64,000 nt of DNA from Acidimicrobiia bacterium (GTDB taxonomy: Bacteria > Actinomycetota > Acidimicrobiia > Spongiisociales > ZC4RG35). Location of the stretch: contig DATBKE010000125.1 of assembly GCA_036556085.1 (NCBI GenBank), forward strand, positions 33,008 through 97,007, in the 5' to 3' direction. Position numbers and translations under genes: made by a program. Within the stretch, counting starts at the first letter, position 1; every line of letters starts with the position of its first letter. Shown here in pieces: positions 9,263 through 17,631 of this stretch. The notes below the pieces were generated by a model, which did no database searches, had not been told where the DNA came from, and was given only the letters and a program-made list of their open reading frames with translations.

Positions 9263-9565
9263 ATGGTCAAGGTCTATGCCATTGCCCTCTCCCTCGGGGT
9301 TGTCCTTCTCATCGCCTGGATCTTTTCGGTCTATCTGGCCGGAAACGTGGAGGCCTGGAGCGGTATCAGTCCCGAGGAGCGATTTGGCAAGCGGGGGCGT
9401 CAGGTGGTCGCCGGCCTGGTCGGATTCGGCATGGCGGGGATGTCCGCCGAGTTCTCCCCCCGTGATCTCTCCTGGCCGGTGTGCCTGGTGCTGGCAATCC
9501 TCGGTGCCGCCGCCGCCGCCTGGTACTCGACCTGGATCGATCGTCCCCGCACCGAACCCTCGTAG
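9263..9565 (+). CDS. small membrane protein (2 TM), hypothetical
   Basis: 100 aa with two hydrophobic segments and good GC3. Overlaps the longer frame 9481; the phosphoesterase more plausibly starts at 9568. Confidence 0.45.
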   Translation: MVKVYAIALSLGVVLLIAWIFSVYLAGNVEAWSGISPEERFGKRGRQVVAGLVGFGMAGMSAEFSPRDLSWPVCLVLAILGAAAAAWYSTWIDRPRTEPS

Positions 9566-9567
9566 CG

Positions 9568-10329
9568 ATGCTGCTCGTATCCGATGTCCACGGGGCCTTC
9601 GATGCCCTGGAAGCGGTAGTTGCCCGCGGACAGACGCTTCTGATACTGGGAGATCTGATCAACCTCCTCGACTACCGGACGCGGGAGGGAATCATCGCCG
9701 ATGTGCTCGGCGAGCAGTTCGGCGCCCGCGTGGCGGGTCATCGGGCGAGCGGCGATTACCAGGCGATGCGCGATGCCTGGGGTGAGGTCGCCGGCGACCG
9801 TCGCGATGAGGTGAGAGCTGCGATCACCCGCGGCATCGAGGCGCAATATGCCGGCTGTCAGAAGGCCTTGGCGGGTGCAGTCGGCTTCTGCACCTACGGA
9901 AATGTCGATAACCCCGAGTTGCTGGCAGCGGTGCTGCCAGAGACGATGCGATTCGTCGATGGCGAGGTTCACGAGATCGAAGGCGTGACCGTCGGCTTTG
10001 TCGGAGGAGGCATCTCCACCCCCCTCGGAGCAGCGGGAGAGGTGACGGACGAAGACATGAGCCGAAAGCTCGAGAAGCTCGGTCCCGTCGACGTGCTCTG
10101 CTCGCACCTCCCGCCCCAAATCGATCCCCTCTGCACCGACGTCATAACCGGCCGGCGTGAGAGAAGCTCGGAACCCATCCTCGACTACGTGCGACGCTTT
10201 CAGCCCCGACACCATTTCTTCGGCGACGTCCATCAACCCCGGGCCGTGACCTGGAGGGTCGGGAAGACCCTGTGCCGCAACGTTGGTTACTTCCGGGCCA
10301 CCAAGCGTCCGGTAATTTTCGAACGATGA
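9568..10329 (+). CDS. metallophosphoesterase (calcineurin-like)
   Basis: MLLVSDVHG...GDLIN...GNVD motifs of the MPP superfamily. Confidence 0.8.
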   Translation: MLLVSDVHGAFDALEAVVARGQTLLILGDLINLLDYRTREGIIADVLGEQFGARVAGHRASGDYQAMRDAWGEVAGDRRDEVRAAITRGIEAQYAGCQKALAGAVGFCTYGNVDNPELLAAVLPETMRFVDGEVHEIEGVTVGFVGGGISTPLGAAGEVTDEDMSRKLEKLGPVDVLCSHLPPQIDPLCTDVITGRRERSSEPILDYVRRFQPRHHFFGDVHQPRAVTWRVGKTLCRNVGYFRATKRPVIFER

Positions 10330-11219
10330 CGCGGGCCATGGCGGTCTTGGCGGTGGCCCTCAGCGCCTGTTCGTCACAGGCGATCCCCACCACCGGATTC
10401 TCAACGCCGACGACAGTGTCACCCGCCTCGGCCCCGACCACGAGCGCCACCCCAACGACAATCGCCCCGACTACCACTGCCGCTGTGACCACCACTGCCG
10501 CTCCCGAGCCGGGCACGGTGCGCCCCGACTGGCTGGGGACCAGGGTCCTCCCCGAGCGTCCCGACGGTCTCGGCGTTGCCCAACCAACCCCGCCCGAGAT
10601 GGTCAACCGCCGGTTTCCTTCCCCCGACTTGTTGCCTCCGCCCACCGGAGACGACTTTGAATTCACTTTGGGACCGGTTCCGGCCGAGGTCGCCGCCCGT
10701 TCCTCCTGGCAGGAGGGCTGCCCGGTCAGCCTCGAGGAGCTGTCATATCTGACGGTGAGCTTTGTCGGGTTCGACGGTGCCAGCCATACGGGAGAGCTGC
10801 TGGTCAATGCCGGTCACTCCGAAGGGATCGTCGACGTGATGAGGCTGCTCTACGAGACCAGGTTTCCCATTGAAGAGATGAGAGTCATCACCGCCGAAGA
10901 GATCGAGGCTCCGCCCACCGGTGATTGGAACTCCACGACCAGCTTCGTTTGCCGGCCGGCGGTGGGGCGGGACAGCGGCTGGTCGATGCACGCGTTCGGT
11001 CTGGCACTTGACATCAACCCTTTTCACAACCCATATCTGCGGGGCGAGGTTGTGGTTCCCGAGCTGGCTAGCTCCTATACCGAACGTGCTGCGCTGCGTC
11101 CGGGGATGATCGATTCCGAGAGCCCGGTGGTCACCGCCTTCGCCGAGATCGGCTGGGAGTGGGGCGGCAATTGGCAAAGCGCCAAGGACTGGATGCACTT
11201 CTCGGAGAACGGTCGCTGA
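10326..11219 (+). CDS. lipoprotein with Thr/Pro-rich linker and C-terminal M15 (VanY-like D,D-carboxypeptidase) domain
   Basis: Lipobox signal MTRAMAVLAVALSAC. A T/P-rich low-complexity linker. M15 zinc ligands in SMHAFGLALD and DWMHF. ATGA overlap with the preceding gene. Confidence 0.8.
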   Translation: MTRAMAVLAVALSACSSQAIPTTGFSTPTTVSPASAPTTSATPTTIAPTTTAAVTTTAAPEPGTVRPDWLGTRVLPERPDGLGVAQPTPPEMVNRRFPSPDLLPPPTGDDFEFTLGPVPAEVAARSSWQEGCPVSLEELSYLTVSFVGFDGASHTGELLVNAGHSEGIVDVMRLLYETRFPIEEMRVITAEEIEAPPTGDWNSTTSFVCRPAVGRDSGWSMHAFGLALDINPFHNPYLRGEVVVPELASSYTERAALRPGMIDSESPVVTAFAEIGWEWGGNWQSAKDWMHFSENGR

Positions 11220-11249
11220 CCCTGCGCCTAACTAATCTGCTGGGAAGAA

Positions 11250-11693
11250 ATGGTTGAAGGCACGGTTGAGTCGATCGAGATTCGCGCCGATCCCACCCAG
11301 GTCTTCGCCGTCGCCTCCGACCTCGACTCCTACACCGAGTGGGCCACCGGCGTGAAGGAGATCGAGGTCCTCGAAAAGGACCAAAAGGGTCGGCCCGCCC
11401 GGGCCCGTTTCGTGGTCGACGGGATGATCAAAGAGATCACCTATGTCCTCAAGTACAGCTACGACGAGCCCCATTCGATGACGTGGGTTGCCGAGCCGGG
11501 GCCCGACCTCAAGGAACTCGAGGGTTCCTATGTGTTCAACGAGATCAGCGATGGACGCACGGAAGTCGTCTATGGCCTGCGGGTAGAGCCCTCTTTCACC
11601 ATTCCGGGGTTCCTGCGCCGCCAGGCCGAAAAGCAACTCGTGGGTACCGCTCTGCGCGGCCTCCGCAAGCGCGTCGAACAGCTCGATCGCTAG
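11250..11693 (+). CDS. SRPBCC (polyketide cyclase/dehydrase-like) family protein
   Basis: 147 aa with the typical SRPBCC topology signature (SIEIRADPTQVFAV...YTEWATGVKEIEVL). Confidence 0.75.
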   Translation: MVEGTVESIEIRADPTQVFAVASDLDSYTEWATGVKEIEVLEKDQKGRPARARFVVDGMIKEITYVLKYSYDEPHSMTWVAEPGPDLKELEGSYVFNEISDGRTEVVYGLRVEPSFTIPGFLRRQAEKQLVGTALRGLRKRVEQLDR

Positions 11694-11741
11694 TCCGAAA
11701 TTCGGCGATCGTCTCGCTGGGCAAGCTCATATCCTGAGCTC

Positions 11742-12926
11742 GTGCGAGTAATCCTGGTCACGGGCAAGGGAGGCGTCGGCAAGACCACAGTTGCCGCAGC
11801 CACCGCGGTTTTGGCAGCCGATCGCGGCCACCGAGTCCTGGTGTCCTCCACCGACCCCGCCCACTCACTAGCCGATGCCCTCGATCAAAAGCTGGGCGAC
11901 GTCGAAAGCGAGATCTTGCCTCGTCTCTGGGGCCAACAGATCGATACCCAGAGCCAGCTCGACCGACATTGGGGCTCGATCCGTGACCAGATCATGCAGG
12001 TCTTCGACTGGGGCGGGGTGAGCGGGATCGAGGCCGAGGAGTTCCTGGTCTTCCCGGGGATGGACGAGTTGTTTGCCCTCCTCGAAGTAGAGCGTCACGC
12101 CACCTCAGGACGTTACGACGTGATCATCGTCGACTGTGCTCCCACCGCCGAGACCCTGCGACTGCTCTCGCTCCCGGAAGTGCTGAGCTGGTACTTCGAG
12201 CGGGTGATGCCGGCCGAGCGGAGAATCATGCGGGCGGCCCGCCCGCTCCTGACACGCCTCACGGATCTGCCGGTTCCCGAGGACAACGTATTCCAGGCCG
12301 CCCAATCGGTGTTTGAAGGCGTGGAGAAGGTGAAAGCCCTCTTGGCCAACCCTCAGGTGACCTCGGCCCGATTGGTGGTGAATCCCGAGAAGATGGTCAT
12401 CGACGAGGCGCGGCGAACATTCACCTACCTCGGGCTCTTTGGCTACGGCGTGGACGGGGTGATAGTCAATCGCGTCCTCCCCGACATCGTTTCCGACCCC
12501 TATTTCGATCGTTGGCGGTCGATTCAAAAAGGTCACCTCGAAGCCATTGATTCGGGATTTGCCGATGTGCCTCGCTTGCGGCTCCGTCTCTTTGACGACG
12601 AGATGGTGGGGATCGATCGGCTCCGGACTATGTCGGAGGAGCTTTACGGAGCGGAGGACCCGGTGCGGGACTTCGCCGGCCACAGCCCATTCCGGGTGAC
12701 CGAGAAGGCCGGTGAGGTGACCATGGAGATGAAGGTGCCCTTCGTCGACAAGGGCGACCTCGATGTTTTCCGCCACGGCTCCGAGCTCTACCTGCAGGTG
12801 GGGCCCTACCGACGCTCCTTCGTCCTGCCCGACACGCTGCGCCGCCGGCAGGTGACCCGCGCCAAGCTCGAAAAGGGAACCCTGCGCGTCAACTTCGGAC
12901 CGGTTCCGACCCGAAAGAAGAAATGA
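11742..12926 (+). CDS. ArsA/GET3-family ATPase fused to a C-terminal HSP20-like (ArsA_HSP20) domain
   Basis: GTG start. P-loop VTGKGGVGKTT and the ArsA signature DTAPTAET-like DCAPTAETLRLL. The last ~90 aa (MEMKVPFVDKGDLDVFRHGSELYLQVGPYRRSFVLP...LEKGTLRVNF) resemble an alpha-crystallin/CS fold. Confidence 0.85.
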   Translation: MRVILVTGKGGVGKTTVAAATAVLAADRGHRVLVSSTDPAHSLADALDQKLGDVESEILPRLWGQQIDTQSQLDRHWGSIRDQIMQVFDWGGVSGIEAEEFLVFPGMDELFALLEVERHATSGRYDVIIVDCAPTAETLRLLSLPEVLSWYFERVMPAERRIMRAARPLLTRLTDLPVPEDNVFQAAQSVFEGVEKVKALLANPQVTSARLVVNPEKMVIDEARRTFTYLGLFGYGVDGVIVNRVLPDIVSDPYFDRWRSIQKGHLEAIDSGFADVPRLRLRLFDDEMVGIDRLRTMSEELYGAEDPVRDFAGHSPFRVTEKAGEVTMEMKVPFVDKGDLDVFRHGSELYLQVGPYRRSFVLPDTLRRRQVTRAKLEKGTLRVNFGPVPTRKKK

Positions 12927-13102
12927 CCGAATCCGAAACCGTCGAAGCGTTGCGGCGCGCTGGGAAGCGTTTTGCCTATCACCTCGCCATGGCGGGGGTC
13001 GAGGGGCTGAAGGCGTTATCGGCGGTTCTGGACGAACTCGCCAAAGTGGGCAAAGTCGATGAGGAGAAGCGTCAGGGTCGGCAGCGAATCGATGTCGAAT
13101 AG
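12923..13102 (+). CDS. hypothetical 59-aa protein, translationally coupled to the ArsA-HSP20 gene
   Basis: ATGA overlap with the ArsA stop; 60 codons; GC3 ~73%; ends 10 bp into the ROK start. Below the 60-aa cutoff, so absent from the ORF track. Confidence 0.35.
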   Translation: MTESETVEALRRAGKRFAYHLAMAGVEGLKALSAVLDELAKVGKVDEEKRQGRQRIDVE

Positions 13103-13925
13103 CCGATCGGGCTCGTCCACGTTCATCGGTGTCGATGTCGGTGGCACGCAGATCAAGGCCGTTCGGTTGGAGGAGGAGACCGTCATCGAAGAATGGCGGA
13201 TGGGACGCCAACCGGAGGGTTGGATCGAGCAAGTCGTCGATCTGGTTCGAAACGTCGGCTCCAGCGCCACGGTGGGTGTAGGCGTCGCCGGCCTGGTCGA
13301 CCATGTCTCCGGGCGCCTGATCTGGGCCCCTCACATCGCCGACACCGATATCGAGCTGGGCCTCGAACTGGGCCGACGGCTCGGTCGACGAGTGTGGGTC
13401 GACAATGACGCGAACTGCGCGGTTCTCGCCGAGAGCCGGCTGGGCGCGGGTATTGGTTTCGACACCGTCTTGGTCGTGATGTTTGGAACTGGGATCGGGA
13501 TGGGACTGGCGGTCAAAGGCGAGGTGTTTCACGGCCGCGGTCTGGCGGGAGAAGCCGGACACATGACGATGGTTCCGGATGGTGATCCCTGCCCCTGCGG
13601 GAAACGGGGGTGTTGGGAGACGGTGGTCTCGGGATGGAGATTGGACCAAGGCCTTCCGATAATGGCCGCAGGTACCTGGATGGGAAGGGGAATCGCCAAT
13701 TTGATCGCGATCCTCGATCCCGACATCGTCGTGGTCGGAGGCGGAGTGATCGATGCTTCCGGTGAGGAGATCCTCGCGGCTGCACGCTCCGAGATCGGTT
13801 ATGCCCTCGCAGGTGCGGACCATCGGGAGTCAACCCCCGTGGTGGCCGGGCGCTTCGGGATCTGGGCGGGAGCGGTGGGGGCGGCCTTGCTTCCGGGTGC
13901 TAAACGCTTCGCCGATTTATCCTGA
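13092..13925 (+). CDS. ROK family sugar kinase (glucokinase-like)
   Basis: FIGVDVGGTQIK ATP-binding start, the ROK zinc motif CPCGKRGCWE, and GTGIG. Confidence 0.85.
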   Translation: MSNSRSGSSTFIGVDVGGTQIKAVRLEEETVIEEWRMGRQPEGWIEQVVDLVRNVGSSATVGVGVAGLVDHVSGRLIWAPHIADTDIELGLELGRRLGRRVWVDNDANCAVLAESRLGAGIGFDTVLVVMFGTGIGMGLAVKGEVFHGRGLAGEAGHMTMVPDGDPCPCGKRGCWETVVSGWRLDQGLPIMAAGTWMGRGIANLIAILDPDIVVVGGGVIDASGEEILAAARSEIGYALAGADHRESTPVVAGRFGIWAGAVGAALLPGAKRFADLS

Positions 13926-13930
13926 CCCAA

Positions 13931-14373
13931 TGGACGAAGGCCAGCGGCCGAGTGGCTCGGTGCGACCCGACGAAGTAATTCCTCCCCAGGCGGGGGGTTC
14001 TATTCAGGCCCGGCAGCTGGCCAAAGACGCCGTCCTCATGCTGCCCAACCTGGTCAAGCTTCTTGGCCGGCTGGTGAAAGACCCCCGGGTGCCCCGGCGA
14101 TCCAAGCTCGTCCTCCTGGCGGCGATAGGTTATGTGCTGTCGCCGATTGACATCCTTCCCGAGATGATTCCGGTGGCTGGAATCCTCGATGACCTGTTTC
14201 TGGTCGCCTTCGCCCTCAACCATCTGATCGAGCGGGCGGGGGAGGAGATCGTCGTCGAGCACTGGGACGGACCCCAGGACATATTGGCGATGGTTCGCTC
14301 GGCGCTGGGCACGATCAACGACTTCGTACCCCAAAAGATCCGCAAGCTGCTGGGACGCCTGGCCGGCGGCTGA
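13931..14373 (+). CDS. DUF1232 (YkvA-like) membrane protein
   Basis: DILPEMIPVAGILDDLFLVAF matches the DUF1232 core. The long frame from 13753 is an N-terminal artefact. Confidence 0.7.
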
Positions 14374-15173
14374 TGGTCCCGGTCTCGCTGACCATCCCCC
14401 AGTTCTCCAACGATCCCCAGCACCTTCTCACCCTGGCGGCGAGGGCTTCTGACTACGGGATCAATGGACTCTTCGCCTTCGACCACCTGGTTCCTTTGGG
14501 GGATCCCCATCGTCCGGTTTTCGAATTGACCGCCATTCTCGGTGCTCTCGGCGCTACCTCGGACGTAAAGGTCGGGTCGTTGGTGATGAGAGTGACGCTG
14601 CGCTCGCCAGAGGTCAGTGCCGCGGCGGCGGCCACGCTTGCAGCCCTCGTCCCCGGGCGGGCAATCCTCGGTCTTGGCATCGGGGACTCGATGTCGGCAG
14701 AGGAAGCCCACCGCTTCGGGCAGACACTGCCATCACTCGACGATCGCTTGGGCCTCCTCGGGCAAACTATCTCCGTGGTGAAGTCGATGGCCCCGACTTT
14801 GCCGGTGTGGGTCGGTGGCCGCCATCCGCACCTGCGCGAGCTGGCGGCTCGCCAGGCTGACGGCTGGAACGCCTGGGGGGCAGACGTCTCCGATCTGGTC
14901 GAAGAGGCGGCCGAGGTCCGAGCGAATGTCGGCGAGAGGCCCTTCTTGATCTCGTGGGGTGGGACCCTGGTGCTCGCTCCCGACGAGGCCACCCTGGCGA
15001 CGAGGATCGCTGAACGAGGAGGGTCGGAGGGGGCGGTGGCCGGAACCCCTCCTGTCATCAAGCGGCGCCTGGAGGAACTGAGCGAGGTGGTGGACGAGAT
15101 CATCGTCTCGGTGGTCCCCAACCGGCCCCCCAACTGGGAGCTCTTCTCACAAGCGGTCCTGGGCACCGCGTAA
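14373..15173 (+). CDS. LLM-class (luciferase-like) F420-dependent oxidoreductase
   Basis: 266 aa with TIM-barrel LLM signatures (GLFAFDHL, LGLGIGDS). TGATG overlap with the upstream gene. Confidence 0.75.
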   Translation: MVPVSLTIPQFSNDPQHLLTLAARASDYGINGLFAFDHLVPLGDPHRPVFELTAILGALGATSDVKVGSLVMRVTLRSPEVSAAAAATLAALVPGRAILGLGIGDSMSAEEAHRFGQTLPSLDDRLGLLGQTISVVKSMAPTLPVWVGGRHPHLRELAARQADGWNAWGADVSDLVEEAAEVRANVGERPFLISWGGTLVLAPDEATLATRIAERGGSEGAVAGTPPVIKRRLEELSEVVDEIIVSVVPNRPPNWELFSQAVLGTA

Positions 15174-15251
15174 AACTCGTTTTTATCAGCCAGACCACTC
15201 GCAAATGAGCGGATTGCGCGCGGAGAACGGGCGATCGGCCAGAATTCGGAA

Positions 15252-16421
15252 GTGGACTTCCGTCGCATCGGCGATCTCCCGCCCTACGTGTTTGGGACGG
15301 TTAACCAGCGCAAGCTCGAGGCCCGGCGGGAGGGGGAGGACATCATCGACCTCGGTTTCGGCAACCCCGACATTCCGAGCGCGGTGAATGTGGTCGACAA
15401 GTTGATCGAGGCCGCCCAGAACCCCCGCAACCACCGATATTCGGTGAGCCGGGGGCTGCCGAATCTGCGCAAGGCGGCGGCCGATCGGTACCAGCGGCGA
15501 TTCGGGGTGTCACTCGATCCTGAGGCTGAGGTCATCGCCACGATCGGAGCCAAAGAGGGCCTGTCGCACCTGCTCTGGGTCCTGGTCGAGCCTGGCGACG
15601 TGGCGGTCGTGCCTGAGCCTTCCTATCCGATCCACATTTACGCCCCCGGGCTGGCGGGAGCCGAAGTTCGCCGCGTTCCGGTGACTGCCGATGAGACCTA
15701 CTTCGAACGGCTGGAGGCAGAAGTTGCTCGCGCTCCAAGTCCGCGCGTGGTCATCTGTGCCTTTCCCCACAACCCCACCACGATCTGTGTCGACCTCGGG
15801 TTTTTTCGCCGACTGGTGGAGATGGCCCATGAGCACGGATTCTTCGTGGTTCACGACTTTGCCTACGCCGACGTTCACTTCGACGGCTACCTGCCACCTT
15901 CGATCCTCGAAGTGGAAGGGGCAAAGGAAGTGGCGGTCGAGCTCTATACGTTGACGAAGGGCCATTCGATGGCCGGCTGGCGGATGGGTTTTTGCGTCGG
16001 CAACCGAGACGCGATCGCAGCCCTGGCCAAGCTCAAGAGCTATCTCGACTATGGCACCTTCCAACCGATTCAAGTTGCCTCGATCATCGCCTTGAACGAG
16101 GGAGACGAATACGTGGCCGAGGTCCGCGAGACGTACGAGAGACGCCGCAACGTGCTCGTCGAAGGTCTCAGCCGCAATGGGTGGAAGGTGGAGAGGCCAT
16201 CGGGGACGATGTTCCTCTGGGCCCCGATACCGGATCCGTATCAGGAGTTGGGCTCGATGGCCTTCACCCTCGACCTGCTCGACCGGGCCAAGGTGGCGGT
16301 CAGTCCCGGGATCGGTTTCGGGCCTAGCGGCGACGGGCATGTGCGTTTCGCATTGGTCGAGAACGAGCACCGCATCTCGCAAGCGGTGCGTGGTATCCGC
16401 AAGGCCCTCGACCGGCTCTAA
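15252..16421 (+). CDS. PLP-dependent aminotransferase, AlaA/AspC class I
   Basis: GTG start. LPPYVFG...GNPD...SKAF-like motifs. 389 aa, full-length class I/II aminotransferase. Confidence 0.85.
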   Translation: MDFRRIGDLPPYVFGTVNQRKLEARREGEDIIDLGFGNPDIPSAVNVVDKLIEAAQNPRNHRYSVSRGLPNLRKAAADRYQRRFGVSLDPEAEVIATIGAKEGLSHLLWVLVEPGDVAVVPEPSYPIHIYAPGLAGAEVRRVPVTADETYFERLEAEVARAPSPRVVICAFPHNPTTICVDLGFFRRLVEMAHEHGFFVVHDFAYADVHFDGYLPPSILEVEGAKEVAVELYTLTKGHSMAGWRMGFCVGNRDAIAALAKLKSYLDYGTFQPIQVASIIALNEGDEYVAEVRETYERRRNVLVEGLSRNGWKVERPSGTMFLWAPIPDPYQELGSMAFTLDLLDRAKVAVSPGIGFGPSGDGHVRFALVENEHRISQAVRGIRKALDRL

Positions 16422-16423
16422 TA

Positions 16424-17609
16424 CTGCGCGGATTTTTCCGCTCCTGAGACGAACAAATCCGCACAGATTCGACCCGCTTCCCTTTCGTGCAGGAAAATTC
16501 GTCTCCCACACGAGAAAATCCGCGCAGCTGGTCACGAACGGGGGGAAGGCGCCGCCGACAGACCCCTTGCTCTCTCCTTGAATTCCTGACACCTTCTTTC
16601 GATGGACCTGGCTGCGATACATGCGTTCGCGGCGGTCAATCACGGTCTGGTGGATCGGCCGACCATCCAGCAGTACGGGTGCTCCGACGAGGCCGTCGCA
16701 GGCTTTGTGGGCGCGGGACATTGGACCCCGATCCACGCCGGCGTTTATCAGATCGGAGTTACACCCCTTACATGGCGGGGGCGGCTCCGAGCGGCGACGC
16801 TGGCCGCCGGGCCCCTGGCTGTCATCTCTCATCGCACCGCTGCTCAGCTGTGGGGGCTGCAGGGAGTCAGCTTTGCGCCGATCGAATTGACAGTCCCAGT
16901 CGGTCACCTTCCGACCCCCGAGAGCGTGATCGTCCATCGAACGCGCCGTCCCATCGAGCAGGGCATTGTCGACGCAATTCCGGTGGTGCCCGTTGAGCGG
17001 GCAATTCTCGACTCTGCTGCCTACGTGCCCATTGCCACAGTCGAGCAGCTCTACGACAGCGGCATCCGCCTGAGATTGACCTGCCCGGAGAAGATGGCGG
17101 AGTGTTTGTATGCCCATGGCAAGAGGGGAGTCAAGGGGCGTTCAAAGGTGCTCGCCATGCTCGACGGCCGACGAACCGGGCCAGCCCTCGGCAGTCCTGT
17201 CGAGACCTTCATCCTGCGCAGGATGCGTTTGGCCGGGATCGAGGAGCCGGAGCGTCAATTCATCCTTGTGTTGGCGGATGGCACCATCGCGGTTCTTGAC
17301 TTCGCTTGGCCCCGGCGGGTCAAAGCGATCGAGATCGACGGATTGGAGGCTCACTCCGGTGCCCGTCAGCTCGAGTTGGACCTGGTGCGTCAAAACCTGA
17401 TCCTCGAGTCAGGATGGCAGCTGCGTCGGTTCTCGGGGCGATTCGTGATGCGAAACCCTGGTTTGGTTATCCAAGAGATTGCCCGCTTTCTCGCTGCCTG
17501 ATCTCTGCGCGGATAAATCCGTATCCGGCACGGAAAAACCTGCACAGCAGCCACCCCAGGTGAGTTCTGTGCGGAAAAGTTCGTGGCTGGCACGGAAAAA
17601 TCCGCGCAG
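16424..17609. mobile_element. 1,186-bp insertion-like segment bounded by perfect 16-bp terminal inverted repeats (CTGCGCGGATTTTTCC), carrying one DUF559/AbiEi-type ORF; REP13E12-like
   Basis: 16424-16439 is the exact reverse complement of 17594-17609 (19/21 over the extended ends). Motif variants repeat mirror-symmetrically at both ends. The segment fills the junction between the aminotransferase stop (+3 bp) and the ltaE start (-22 bp). Confidence 0.55.
16602..17501 (+). CDS. DUF559 (Vsr-like endonuclease fold) protein with N-terminal AbiEi_4-like domain
   Basis: 299 aa. The N-terminus ([16 protein letters not shown]...[14 protein letters not shown]...[12 protein letters not shown]) is AbiEi-like. 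The C-terminus (DFAWP...[36 protein letters not shown]) is DUF559-like, as in the mycobacterial REP13E12 ORFs. Confidence 0.7.
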   Translation: MDLAAIHAFAAVNHGLVDRPTIQQYGCSDEAVAGFVGAGHWTPIHAGVYQIGVTPLTWRGRLRAATLAAGPLAVISHRTAAQLWGLQGVSFAPIELTVPVGHLPTPESVIVHRTRRPIEQGIVDAIPVVPVERAILDSAAYVPIATVEQLYDSGIRLRLTCPEKMAECLYAHGKRGVKGRSKVLAMLDGRRTGPALGSPVETFILRRMRLAGIEEPERQFILVLADGTIAVLDFAWPRRVKAIEIDGLEAHSGARQLELDLVRQNLILESGWQLRRFSGRFVMRNPGLVIQEIARFLAA

Positions 17610-17631
17610 AGGGTTGAACTACCCTCGGGCC

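Noticed and set aside
12105-13823. 572-aa minus-strand ORF
   Set aside because: Antisense to the ArsA-HSP20, the small ORF and the ROK kinase, all of which have clear family motifs on the + strand. Composition is Arg/Gly/His/Pro-rich with no hydrophobic core.
15510-17117. 535-aa minus-strand ORF spanning the aminotransferase 3' end and the DUF559 gene
   Set aside because: Antisense to two well-supported + strand genes. No motifs.
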